DNA from: Octopus vulgaris
Lineage: Eukaryota
DNA: 64,000 bases
Direction of reading: 5' to 3'
Assembly (NCBI GenBank): GCA_951406725.2
Contig: OX597822.1
Span: 76,880,001-76,944,000, forward strand
The translations under genes and the position numbers were made by a program. The notes under the pieces were generated by a model. That model made no database searches. It saw only the letters and a program-made list of their open reading frames with translations, and was not told the DNA's origin. Shown here piece by piece: positions 40,415 to 52,485 of this stretch (positions within the stretch are counted from its first letter, which is position 1; every line of letters starts with the position of its first letter).

Positions 40415-40540
40415 TGGAATGCAGTGCCAATGTCTGTACAGCTGTTGTGTGTGAGAACAGTGGGAAATGCGCCGTAAAATCAGCTGACACTCACATTTGT
40501 CTGTGTCCCCTGGGATATGTAGGCAGCAACTGTGAGACAA
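40415..40540 (+). CDS. EGFLAM: Internal coding exon, EGF-like domain (xECSANVCTAVVCENSGKCAVKSADTHICLCPLGYVGSNCET) of a pikachurin/EGFLAM (SP2353)-like EGF-LamG protein
   Basis: Long polypyrimidine tract plus ccAG acceptor (AG 40413-40414); GTAAGT donor at 40541. 126-nt phase 1-1 exon with EGF cysteine spacing and CxCxxGYxGxxC. Family assignment is from remembered similarity to insect SP2353/pikachurin; agrin, eyes shut and perlecan are not formally excluded. Confidence 0.88.
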
Positions 40541-40911
40541 GTAAGTACTTACAACCTCTTGTTGTTGTTGTTGGTGGTGGTGGTGGTGGTGGTGGCAATG
40601 TTTGGTCTCCCAAGTTAGTTTTGATCCAGAAGAATTACCATTAAAATAGCATTCCTTCCACAGTCACCTATCTATTTATTCCGTCTGTCTGTCTATTTCT
40701 GTGTATTTGTATGTATTTCTCTTTACTTCCTTGTCCGTCCATCCATCCATCCATCCATCTCTTTTATTTGTTTCAGTCATGCTAGAGCACCGCCTTTAGT
40801 CGAACAAATCGACTCCAGGTCTTACTCTTTAAAAGCCTAGTACTTATTCTATCGGTCTCTTTTGCCGAACTGCTAAGTTAAGGGGGACAAACACAGACAC
40901 ACAAACATACA

Positions 40912-40943
<32 letters not shown>

Positions 40944-42723
40944 CGACAGGCTTCTTTCAGTTTCCGTCTACCAAATCCACTCACAAGGCTTTGATCGGCC
41001 CGAGGCTATAGTAGAAAACACTTTCCCAAGGTTCTATGCAGTGGGACTGAACCCGGAACCATGTGGCTGGTAAGCAAGCTACTTACCACACAGCCACTCC
41101 TATGCCTGCTATTCAATCTTTCTCTATTATTATATCTTTTTCATATTTCCCCCTCTGTTTATTTTTCTACCTGTCTATCTGTATACGGGTCTGTTAGTCT
41201 ACCTGCCTATATAATTATCTATCTTTCATCTAGTCACCCATCCATGTCTTGGATTTTTATACATATTGCATCCAGTGCTATGTTATCCAGTGTGTCCCTC
41301 CTTCTTAAAAACTTGTCAGAGTGTGATTCGAGGAAGCTTGGGGTGCTATTCCCAGCAAGCGGAGCCTCCACGTAGATTGCTTCCTAATTGACTCAATAAC
41401 TGCAGTAACAGCAACAACAACAAAAAGATCAATAGAAATTAATTTACAAACAAGAAAAAATCATCAACATTCATAAAAAAATATCTAATTAAAAAAATTA
41501 TTTTATAAATTATTTTGTTGTCACACGAGTTTTTTTTTTCCAATTTATTTCATAAATTATTTTATTGTTGTCCATGGGGTTATTTTTTTCCTTTCCAATT
41601 TAATTTCTGTTGATGTTGTTGTTGGTAGTTTTTGTTGTCTGTGAGGATATGCTAAAGTTGCTGTAGTTGTCGTCGTTTTTGCGACCTTGTGCCAATGTAA
41701 GAAATCAATATCTTGTTGCTGCTACTGCTGCTGCTGCTGCTGCTCTTGTATAGCCCCAAAAGCCATCCCTGTTCAAGCAGACCTATGATCAAATGAATTC
41801 CGGCTATGACCAGGTCATTCCTGATTGAGCAGGTTTCTGATCAAAGACATTCCAGTATTAACCATCCTTACCATTTTTCAAAGATCTGTGTATCTAGGAC
41901 GACTTTATCCAATAATTCCCTTTTTAATTCATTTATTTATTTATTTATGCTTGTTTTAAACATTAAAGTGTTATTTTAGGGAGACTTTTCCTGCTATTTC
42001 TAGCAATTCAATCAACCATGTAGAGCCACCGTCATTATCTCAAAATCTCAAAGCAGTGTAGTTATTATTGGTTTTATTATTGTTTTTGTTGTTGCTATTG
42101 TTATTTAGCCCCAGGTCAGACCAGATTCAGGTTATTTTATCCATTTCCAATTTAATTTCTGTTGTTCTTGTTTGGTCTTGATGTTTTTGTTGTCTGTGAT
42201 GATACATGAATGCCGTTGTTGTTGTTGTTATTGCTGTTTTTGTTGTTGTTGACATTGCTGTTGATGTTGTTGTTATCGTTGTTGTTGCTGTCGCTGTTGT
42301 TGTATAGCCCCACAAGTCGTCCCCATTCATGCAGACTCATGATCAAAGACATTCCAGGACTAACCATCCTTATCAAGCTTCAGGGATGTGTGTATCTAGG
42401 AATACTTTATCCAAAGTCGCCTCTTTTAATTTGTTTAGCTTTCATCTTTTACCTGTTTCAAGTATCAAACTGTGGCCATGCTGGAGCACCACTTCAAAGA
42501 ATTTTTAGACAAATTAACACAGCCAGTACTTTTTTTTTTAATTAAACCTGGTACTTATTCTATCAGTCTTTTTTTTTGCCAGATTGCTAAGTTATGGGGA
42601 TGTAAAGACACCAACACCGATTATCGAGCAATGGTAGAGAACAAACACAGACACAAAAACACAGAGAGAGACACACACATCATCATCATCATCATCATCA
42701 TCATCATTTAACGTCTGTTGTCC

Positions 42724-44160
42724 ATTTTTATATACACACGCTGATATATAACCTATGTTGGACCTCTTATTCGCATAATCCCCGAACCTGGAACTTAGCT
42801 AAGGTCTATCCATAGTACTTATTCAGCATTACTTGACACCTTTGAGTCTCACTGATAACTGATGTCGGTGTGTTTACATCCCAGTAACTTAGTGGTTCAG
42901 CAAAAGTGACTGATAGAATAAATACTAGGCTTATAAAGAAGAAGTCCAGGGATCAAGCTGTTCAACTAAAGGCAGTGCTCCAGCATGGTCGCAGTGAAAT
43001 GACCAAAACAAATAAGAAAATATATATACATATATACACAGGTGAGCACATAAGTGCAAAACAAGATGGGCAAAATAGTACTCGAATACCAAAGGCAGAG
43101 TAATATGCTTTCTTTAAAACTACAAAATTATAACAAAACAGTTATTTAGAGTTTCTAGTTCCCATTCATGAGAGACAGTTGTGATAAATGGTTCTTCACA
43201 ACTGTCCGACAAATGGGAATGTGAAACTCTGCGCAACAGTTTTGTGACATGGGCTGGACGGTTTGATTGAGGACTGGCACACTGGAAGGCTGCACCAGAC
43301 TCCAGTTGTATTTGGTTTTCTATGACTGGATGCTTTTCCTAATGCCAACCACTCTGAGAGTGTAATAGGTGGTTTCATGTGCCACTGGCACAGGTGCCGT
43401 TTGCACAACAATGGGATGCTTTCACATGCCACTGGCATGGGTGCCAATTTGTGTGACACCAGTATCTTCCACGATTGTGATTTGGCTCAGCTTCATGGGT
43501 TTTCTTCTCAAGCATGACATAATGCCAGAGGTCTCAGTCATTGCCTCCATGAGGCCCAACACTTGAAAAAAACTCAATATATAGATATATATATATATAT
43601 ATATGTATGTACCTTTATTAAAACTGCAAAATCTTCACAAAACTGTTACGCAGAGTTTCCCATTCCCATTTGTTGGACAGTTGTGAAGAACCATTTATCA
43701 CAACTGTCTCTCATGAATGGGAACATGAAACTCTAAATAACTGTTTTGTTATAATTTTGCAGTTTTAAAGAAAGCATATTACTCTGCCTTTGGTATTCGA
43801 GTACTATTTTTCCCACCTTGTTTAGCATTTATGTGCTCACCTGTGTATATATATATATATATATTTTCTTATTTGTTTCGGTCATTTCACTGCGACCATG
43901 CTGGAGCACTGCCTTTAGTTGAACAGCTTGATCCCTGGACTTCTTCTTTATAAGCCTAGTATTTATTCTATCAGTCACTTTTGCTGAACCGCTAAGTTAC
44001 GGGGATGTAAACACACCAACATCAGTTGTCAGTGAGACTCAAACGTGTCAAGTAATGCTGAATAAGTGCTATGGATAGACCTTAGTTAAGTTCCAGGTTC
44101 GGGGATTATGCGAATAAGAGGTCCAACATAGGTCATATATCAGTGTGTGTATATAAAAAT
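42724..44160. repeat. Long inverted duplication: ~525-bp arms (42724-43247 and 43635-44160) around a ~390-bp spacer
   Basis: The arms match in reverse complement throughout, e.g. ACCTATGTTGGACCTCTTATTCGCATAATCCCCGAACCTGGAACTTA vs TAAGTTCCAGGTTCGGGGATTATGCGAATAAGAGGTCCAACATAGGT. Confidence 0.92.
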
Positions 44161-44209
44161 TTTTTTATCTTACCTAAATTAACTATTGCTAAACCATCTT
44201 TTCACACCA

Positions 44210-44255
44210 TCTCCGATGAAGGGATATAATAAAAATCCTAGGAACAGCTGTAAGA
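44210..44255 (+). ncRNA. Decayed minimal hammerhead, paralog of 5592-5637, with palindromic stem III ACAGCTGT
   Basis: TCT-CCGATGA-AGGGAT...ATCCTA-GGAA-CAGCTG-TA-AGA; the GAAA box is mutated to GGAA. Confidence 0.45.
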
Positions 44256-46115
44256 CCCTGCTATTTATAAATGTCCTAAAATCTACATAGCCTTGGTTTT
44301 TTTATCTCATTACAGGAAAAAAATTGATATATATATATACATATAAAGGATAACGACCCCTTCGGTCACGAATGACCATGGGATTGTACCTGGAAAGTTA
44401 CCCTCTGAAGTACAAGTCTGGACAAGGTTGTTTATAGAAGACCAGCAGTTGCCCGTGCATGCCAACCTCTATTCTGCAATGTTATCCAAGGGAAAGGCAA
44501 AGGCTGATTCAGCTTAGCACCAGTGATGTTGTAACTCATTTCTACAGCAGAGTGAACAAGACTAACATGAAATAAAGTGTCTTGCTCAAGGACACAACAT
44601 GCAGCCCGGTCTGGAAATTGAACTTACTATCTCATGATAGTGAGCCCAATGCTCTAACCACTGTGCCATGTGGCTTATACACAAAATAAAGATGCTTCAT
44701 TTTACATTGCTCCAGTCCAGCTGGCAAAAGTGAGCTATACCTGTAATTCAAAGGAGCCAGCCTTGTCACACTCTGTGTCGTGCTGAATCTTCCTGAGAAC
44801 TACATTAAGGATACACACGTCTGTGGAATACTCAGCCACTTGCAAATTAATTTCTATAAATTTCATGACCAGGCTGTTTTGTTCAATCAGATCAGCTAGA
44901 ACCCTCGCCATAGAAACCAACGGAGTTCCAGTATGCTCTCATCCTCTCTCTCTCACTCTCCTCACACAATCACATCGACCCTTTGTTATTACAATTATTG
45001 AAAATTCTTGGACTTGCATTTTGTCTAATTTTGTTCCCATATTTCTTATCCTAATTACCATAACGAGTATTCTCCTGTCTTATTCTATTTCCTCTACATC
45101 TTCTTCTTCTTTCACTTCTTGTCCTTCTTCTTTCTCTGCCCCCCCCCCCCGCCACTTTCTTCCCTTGTTTCTTCTTTCCTTACCCCTTACATCCTCATTA
45201 AAAATAATTGAATAAAACACATATATAGTCTTGTAACCCACATTTTTCTGGTAATAATTGACATTAGTGTTATTGTGACTCTGGCTTTGTTTCACCCTTG
45301 CTACTACGGTTGTTGCTGTTGTTGTTGTTACTGCCGCTGCTGCTGATGATGATGATGATGTCATCATCACTGCCACCACTGCTGCCATGGTTGTTATTAT
45401 TATTGTTTTTCTTGTTACCTGTTATCATTATTATTGTTGTTATTGACATTCTTCTTGCAATTACTGTTCCTATTGTCAATGCTTTTGTTGTTGTTGCTAT
45501 TGTTAGTATCATCATTTTTTTTTTGTCTTCATTACTGTTGTCTTATGTTCTTATTATTTTATTTTATTATTTTTTTGTCTCTCAAGTTCGTTAATTTTAT
45601 TTTCATTTCCCACTGATAATGTTGCTAATGTTGTTGTTGCCATTCTAATTATTCTCCAAAGGCTGTGAAGTGGCAAAAATGGCAAGAATGCCAGACAAGG
45701 TGTCTTCATGTGTCTAGTTCTTTCCATTTATATTTTATGCTTAAATATCCTATTGGGCCAGATTTGGTTTTGAAATGTCTCCAAGATTAATCAGATAAGT
45801 AGCAGTCAAAAATTGGTTGAAGGAAGTTCATATATCATATTTGATGGCCTAAAAGACACACAGACACATTAAGTGCACCCCAATTTCAGCAGAGCAAATT
45901 CAGGAAAAAAATTAGTTTTAGTGCATTTAACCTTTCAGCATTTAAACTGATCATCATCATCATCATCATCATCATTTAACTTGCATTTTCCGTGTTGACA
46001 AGGGTTGGGTAGTTCAACAGGAGCTAGCAAACCAAGTTCCATAGTCTTCTTTAGCTTGGTTACTACAGCTGGATGTCCTTCCTAAGGCCAACCACTTTAC
46101 AGAGTGTACTGGATG

Positions 46116-46330
46116 GTTTTTATGAGGCACCATCACCAGTACTTTTTATGTGGTTCCAGCACCAGTGCTTTTTACATGGCACCATCACCAGTGCTTTTTA
46201 TGTGGCACCATAACCATTGCTTTTTATGTGGCTCCAGCAGCAATGCTTTTTATGTGGCACCATCACCAGTGCTTTTTATGTGGCACCATCACCAGTGCTT
46301 TTTATGTGGCACCATTACCAGTGCTTTTTT
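46116..46330. repeat. 26-bp minisatellite (GCTTTTTATGTGGCACCATCACCAGT), about 8 copies, inside a family C SINE
   Basis: Direct tandem copies with no spacers. Confidence 0.85.
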
Positions 46331-47542
46331 ACAAAGCACTTCTAATCTAAATATTCTACAAGTTTGATGTTCAAACTGATCAGATTTAGTTTTTCACACT
46401 TACCCTATAATGTCATTCTAAAATGACTAACCACATCACAGATGTCCCAAAGCATGATTAGTCTAAGATAATACAAATAAGCATTATATTTCAAAGAGTA
46501 ATCTGAATGCTAAAAGGTTAAACTATGTAATATAAAACCCAGGGTAATATTTATTTTTAATAAAAAGGGTAATCAACTATCATGCCCTGTCACCAGCACC
46601 TACTTTGTTCTTCATCTTGTGTTGCGGTATAGTAAGGGTTTGTTCTTAGCATCCAGAAGCAAAAACACTTTTAGTGCCCCCACCTTAACACTTTGCCTCT
46701 CATAGAAGACTCTGGTGACTCGCAGTGTTATATTCTTAATATTCCAAAGGAGTTACTCACAGTTTAGAAAGAGAGGATGGAAATGAACAAGTGGAGACAA
46801 ACCACGATATCTTTTATCTTTTACTTGTTTCAGTCATTAGGCTGTGACCATGCTAGGGCTCTGCCTTGAAGAATTTAAAGTGAAGGAATCAACCCCTGTA
46901 CATTCATTTTTTTTTTTTTTTAAGCCTGGTATTTATTCTATCGATATCTTTTGCTGAACCGTTAAATTACAGATATGTAAACACACCAACACCAGTTGTT
47001 AAGTGGAGGTGGGGGCAGGGACAAATACAAGGATACACTCACAAAGATATATATATATACATATATAAATAAATATATGATTGGCTTCTTTCAGTTTCCG
47101 CCTTCAAAATCCACTCACAAGGCTTTGGTTGGCTTGAGGCTATAGTAGAAGACACTTGCCCAAGGTGCCATGCAGAGGGAATGAACCATGTGGTTAGGAA
47201 GCAGGCTTCTTACTGCAAAACCACACTTGCCCCTAAAACATTTATGTTAACCTTTCAATGTGAAACATACAATGAAGAGGGAGTTTCCTGACAGGCCTTT
47301 TTACAATTTGTTGTCAACTCCTCAGAGAAGATATACCCAATCTAATAAAATTTTTTAAAAATCTGAAATATGTTGTATCTTCACATCTCATATACAATAT
47401 TGTATGTCTGCTTTGAGATTTTCTCATCATTATTTTGACAAGAACAGTGACATCTGTGCCTCAGTGTGCTGGTCTGCTAAAACTAAAACATATCCAAAGT
47501 TTACAGTTCAATATTTCAGAGATGAGAAAATATGTACATTAT

Positions 47543-47863
47543 TTACAATTGACGGATATTTGTCCTCATCTTGTTTGTTGTCAACACAACGTTTTGACTG
47601 ATATACTCTCCAGCCTCCTTCAGGTGTCCTGGCGAAATTTCGAACCTGGGTTCTCATTCCTAAGGTATTTTTTGATGTTATCAAAAACAATAACAATAAT
47701 GATAATAATAATAATAATAATAATAACACAACATCGAAAAATACCTTGGAATGAGAACCCAGGTTTGAAATTTCCCCACGACACCTGATGAATGCTGGAG
47801 AGTATATCAGCCGAAACTGTGTTAACAACAAACAAGATGAGGACAAATATCCATCAAATGTAA
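47543..47863. repeat. Inverted repeat (~135-bp arms, 47543-47679 and 47730-47863) around an (AAT)n spacer
   Basis: GGATATTTGTCCTCATCTTGTTTGTTG vs CAACAAACAAGATGAGGACAAATATCC; AACCTGGGTTCTCATTCC vs GGAATGAGAACCCAGGTT. Confidence 0.88.
47781..47822 (+). ncRNA. Hammerhead-like motif in the right arm of an inverted repeat; mirror copy on the - strand at 47584-47627
   Basis: ACAC-CTGATGA-ATGCTG(GAGAGTATAT)CAGCC-GAAAC-T-GTGT. The mirror copy reads ACAC-CTGAAGG-AGGCTG...CAGTC-AAAAC-GTT-GTGT. The consensus of the two is a complete minimal hammerhead. Confidence 0.55.
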
Positions 47864-48344
47864 CTAAGGTAAATAATCTAAATAATGTATATCCAAAGTA
47901 TATTTCTTATTTCTTTATGGATTTTCTTAAAGAATTTCTTGATTACATAAAGACTGTATATAGATTCATAAATTAAATCATTTTATACTGAGTAGTGAAT
48001 ACCAAGGGAGTATAAATGCAGCAATTATGATAAGATATACAATTTGCATTTATCATAACAGAAAGATTTTCAGCGTGCAATTCACTTGCGATAGACATGC
48101 AATACTACCAACCATATACATTAGTTATTTCTGTCTTCTCCAACTACTTTCATAGTTTGCCCCATACAAGGGGAACTTCAAAGACTTGAACACCCATAAA
48201 TTTTAGTAAACGAGCGCAAAAAAAAAATCCCCGATATATAATATCTTTATTAAATTGTTTGGGAGTTAACCCTTTCAATACCAACTCACCTAAGACTGTC
48301 CTTGGGTCTTTGTTACAAACTTCTTGTTTTAAAGAGATCTAAAG

Positions 48345-48636
48345 CAGTGGTTCCAAAACATTTTCAAGCTGCCGCCCCCTTGGCATCCAGGCCACAATCC
48401 TAGCACCCCCCACTCACCCTCCCCACCACAAATGTAGACCACTTTCTGCAGTAAATTTGGAACAACTGTATTTCACAAATAAAATTTAAACCTAATTAAC
48501 TTATCAATATTTCCTTTTTTGTTGTATCTTTCACCCCATTTTGGCTACCCCATTATCATACCACTTTTCTTCAATGCCGCCCTGGATCTTTCCACCAACC
48601 CCAAGGGGGCAGTACCACCTACTTTGGGAACCACTG
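48345..48636. mobile_element. hAT (Charlie-type) MITE
   Basis: TIRs CAGTGGTTCC.../...GGGAACCACTG with a perfect 8-bp TSD ATCTAAAG (48337-44 and 48637-44). Confidence 0.85.
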
Positions 48637-49918
48637 ATCTAAAGTAAAGCTATTCCTCAAGATTCTCATGTTAATTTATAATCCAAATAAGGTGCTGAGC
48701 TAGCTGAATTGTTAGCTCATCGGATAAAATGCTTAGCAGTATTTTGTCTATCTTTATGTTCTGAGTTCAAATCCTGCTGAAGTCAGCTTTGTCTTTCATC
48801 CTTTCTGATCACTGGGGGTCGATGTAATTGACTTACTCCCTCCCCTGAACTTGCAGGTCTTGTGCCAAAATTTGAGACCAATTTATGTTCCAAACATTGG
48901 CTAAACAATATCAAATTTATTTTACTAAATTCTTCATTATTTGCAAAATTAATTTAAACAATGGCTGTGTATTCCAACAGAAATATAGTAACAAAAGTAT
49001 TAAAGCTTACAACATTCAATATGTTAATGGTAACTTAACTATTGTTTTTCATGTAGATGGCATCTCTGAATATTTGATCTTGGTGATTTATGCATCAACC
49101 AAGATCATGGTATTGACCAGACTCTCGGATGTTGTTATACATCACTGGTCACAATGCGCTTTGCCTTGTTTCAGGTTTTAAATGATGCCCCACTGCTCGC
49201 TATGCGAGGTGGCCTACATTCCCCCTGAGTGGAAGGCTGTTTTGTTACAGGGTCGCCTGTCTCCAGTTGAGTGAACTGGAACAAATTAAAAAGAAGTGTT
49301 TTGCTTAAGAACACAATGCATCACCCAGTCTGAGAACTGAACCAATGGCCTAGCAATCGTGAGGGCAACACCCTAACCACTAGGCCACATGCTTTCACAT
49401 ACCCCTTCTCTCTTTATATATACACTATATATATCTGTCCCTGTCTATGATAGTTGAACTTCTTGTTACCTGGCACAAAGCCATCTCCCTCAATACCATT
49501 CCAAGCTCAGTTGAGGGGGTCTTGTAAATTATTAGGTGGCCTCACTAGGGCCAGTGCCACATAGAAAGCACCCAGAACAATCTGTGAAATGGTTGGCATT
49601 AGGAAAGGTCATACAAAACAGACACTGGAATTTGCTATTATCCTCTGGCTCCTCAGCTCTTTTCAAACCATCTAATAATCCATGCTAGCATAGAAAAAAA
49701 CCCCAGATGTTTTAATGGTCGGTGGTGGAGGGCAGTGGTGTCAGTGGCAGCGGTGGTGATGCTGATGGTGTTGGTGGTGGTGGTATACCCAACTCTTGAA
49801 TTAATTTTATTTTTTTCCCAACCATCAGCAACCATTATTTACTCAAATTATCTTAACACCAATTACAATCTTTAAACCATTGTTATATTATTGTGGTGTT
49901 GTTTTTCTTCCATTGCAG

Positions 49919-50156
49919 AGTCAACTTTGCATGTTCCCAGTTTCAATGGTCATTCCTTCCTGAAATATCACGGTCTTGACCGAAGTACACTGTCCTTCAC
50001 TGAAGTTGAAATGATTGTCAAACCAACCTCGTTAGATGGTCTAATTCTTTACAACGGTTACACCTTAGACCGTAAAGGAGACTTCCTTATGCTAGCCATG
50101 AGTGGTGGTCATCTTGAATTCCGTTTTGACCTTGGAACAGGTCCTGCTATTATCAG
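49919..50156 (+). CDS. EGFLAM: Internal coding exon, N-terminal half of a laminin-G domain (STLHVPSFNGHSFLKY...DGLILYNG...KGDFLMLAMSGGHLEFRFDLGTGPAIIR), same gene
   Basis: Acceptor ttttcttccattgcAG (49917-49918); donor AG|GTAGGC at 50157. Phase-1 start joins the EGF exon in frame (...CET-K-STLHVPSF). Contains the LamG motifs PSFNG, GLILYNG, GDF and EFRFDLGTG. Confidence 0.92.
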
Positions 50157-50866
50157 GTAGGCAAAATAATTCTTCTAAGACTTGTTTTTTTTTGTTTTAC
50201 AATTTCCATTTTATATTTTTCATTTTTTATATTTTTTCATTCTGATTTTAATCGACCAGAATCAAGGTGACAAATTGGCAGAACTGTTAGCACACCAGAC
50301 AAAATGCTTAGTGGCTTTTCCTCTGTCTTTACATTCTGGGTTCAAATTCCACCAAGGTCCACTTTGCTTTTCATTCTTTTACAATTGATAAAATGAGTAC
50401 CAGTTGCATGCTGGGTTTGATATAATTGACTTACTTCCTCACTCAGAATTGCTGGCCTTGTGCCAGAAGTTGAAACCAGTATGACTGACCAATATCATTT
50501 GCAATGCTATTTTCTTATTATGGCATAAAAAGATGACATTTAACCCTTTTGTGACCATTTTTCTGTTGAGATTCTCTGTGTTTCTTTCAATTAATTTTAA
50601 ATATAACAAAGAATTTAGCAAAATAACTTAGTTATCATTAAGCAAGTGTTAGGAACATAAATTGTGACTAAGGTTTGGTGGAAGATTTTAATTCAAAACT
50701 TTTGAAAACAAGACATTTGTTCTACAGTACCAGAAGCGGTTTTTGACAGGTTTGTATCAAATGGATTGAGAATTATTTCTCTATTATATATTTTAACCTT
50801 TTTGTTACTATATTTCTGTTGAGATGCTCTGTATTTCTTTCAATTAATTTTAAATATAAGACTTTT

Positions 50867-51316
50867 GGAGTGGCTGTGTGGTAAGTAGCTGCGTAGGAGC
50901 GGCTGTGTAGTAAGTAGCTTGCTTACGAACCACATGGTTCCAGGTTCAGTCCCACTGTGTGGCACCTTGGGCAAGTGTCTTCTACTATAGCCAGAGGCCG
51001 ACCAAAGTCTTGTGAGTGGTTTTGGTAGACGGAAACTGAAAGAAGCCCATCGTATATATATATATATATATATGTGTATGTATGTATGTGTGTGTATATG
51101 TTTGTGTATCAGTGTTCCCCCCCACCCAACATCGCTTGACAACCGATGCTGGTGTGTTTATGTCCCTGTAACATAGCGGTTCAGCAAAAGAGACCGATAG
51201 AATAAGTACTAGGCTTAGAAAGAATAAGTCCTGGGGTTGATTTGCTCGACTAAAAAAGGTAGTGCTCCAGCATGGCTATTGTCAAATGACTGAAACAAGT
51301 TAAAAAATAAAGAGTA
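50867..51316 (+). mobile_element. SINE family A copy inserted into a piggyBac-type MITE
   Basis: Near-consensus family A sequence with a duplicated head; the MITE sequence resumes at ~51320 (agcaaaataacttagttatcattaag). Confidence 0.8.
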
Positions 51317-52450
51317 AGTGAGCAAAATAACTTAGTTATCATTAAGTTGATGTTAGGAACATAAATTGTGACTAAGGTTTGGTGGAAGATTTTAATTCAA
51401 AACTTTTGAAAACAAGACATTATTTGTACCACAGAGCCAGAGGCGGTTTCAGGTGGGTTCATATCAAAAAGGTTAAACAAAAAACTGATTTGTTTTTTTA
51501 TCTAAATAATGTAGATAACAATCACACCAGTTGTAATGTAGCAGTAAAACTTCCATTTTAGCATTTTTATTCAAATGTTTGTTAATGAAAGAGGAAGAGA
51601 GTACTCAGCAAATGGCATAGAGTACACTGCAGATATAAAGCAGATTATTTTTTTTCTTTCTGATCTTCATGCCACTGCAATCTTCATGTAAAAAACATGT
51701 TTTTTCAGCATTTAAATTGGTTATATATGCAATGGAACTGATTCAAATGATAGCCATCGGCATAACAATTAAACCACTACAATAGATGTAAAAGCGAGTT
51801 GTGTACAGTTCCTGTTTGTAGATAACAGTTGCATACAACTTGAGTTGCATGAAAAAATAATGTAGTTTAGATAAATTATAGATGTAATAATTAGGTGCAG
51901 ATATAACTGTGTGGTAAGAAACTTGCTTCCCAACCTCATGGTTTTGGGTTCAGTCTCACTGCATGACACCTTGGACAAGTGTCTTCAACTATAGCCTCAG
52001 GCTGACCAAAGCCTTGTAAATGGATCTGGTAGACAGAAACTGAAACAAACCTGTTTTATATATATCATCATCATCATTTAACGTCTGTTTTCCATGCTGG
52101 CATGGGTTGGACGGTTTGACTGAAGACTGGCAAGCCAGGAGGCTGCACCAGGCTCCAATCTGATCTAGCAAGGTTTCTACAGCTGGATGCCCTTCCTAAT
52201 GCCAACCACTCCATGAGTGTAGCGGGTGCTTTTTATGTGCCACCAGCACAAGATCCAGTCAGGTGGCACTGGCATCGACCACATTTGAATGTTGCTTTTT
52301 ATGTGTCACTGGCACAGGATCCAGTTGTGGGTCACTGGCTTCGACCACATTCAGAAAGTGCTTGTTACATGCCACCATATATGGTGGCATGCCAGTTGAT
52401 ATATATGCCAGTTGATATACATGCCAGTTGATATATATATATATATATAT

Positions 52451-52485
<35 letters not shown>

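Noticed and set aside
46116-46330. CRISPR-like array of 26-bp repeats
   Set aside because: The repeats are contiguous with no unique spacers, lie within a SINE, and the context is eukaryotic with no cas genes.
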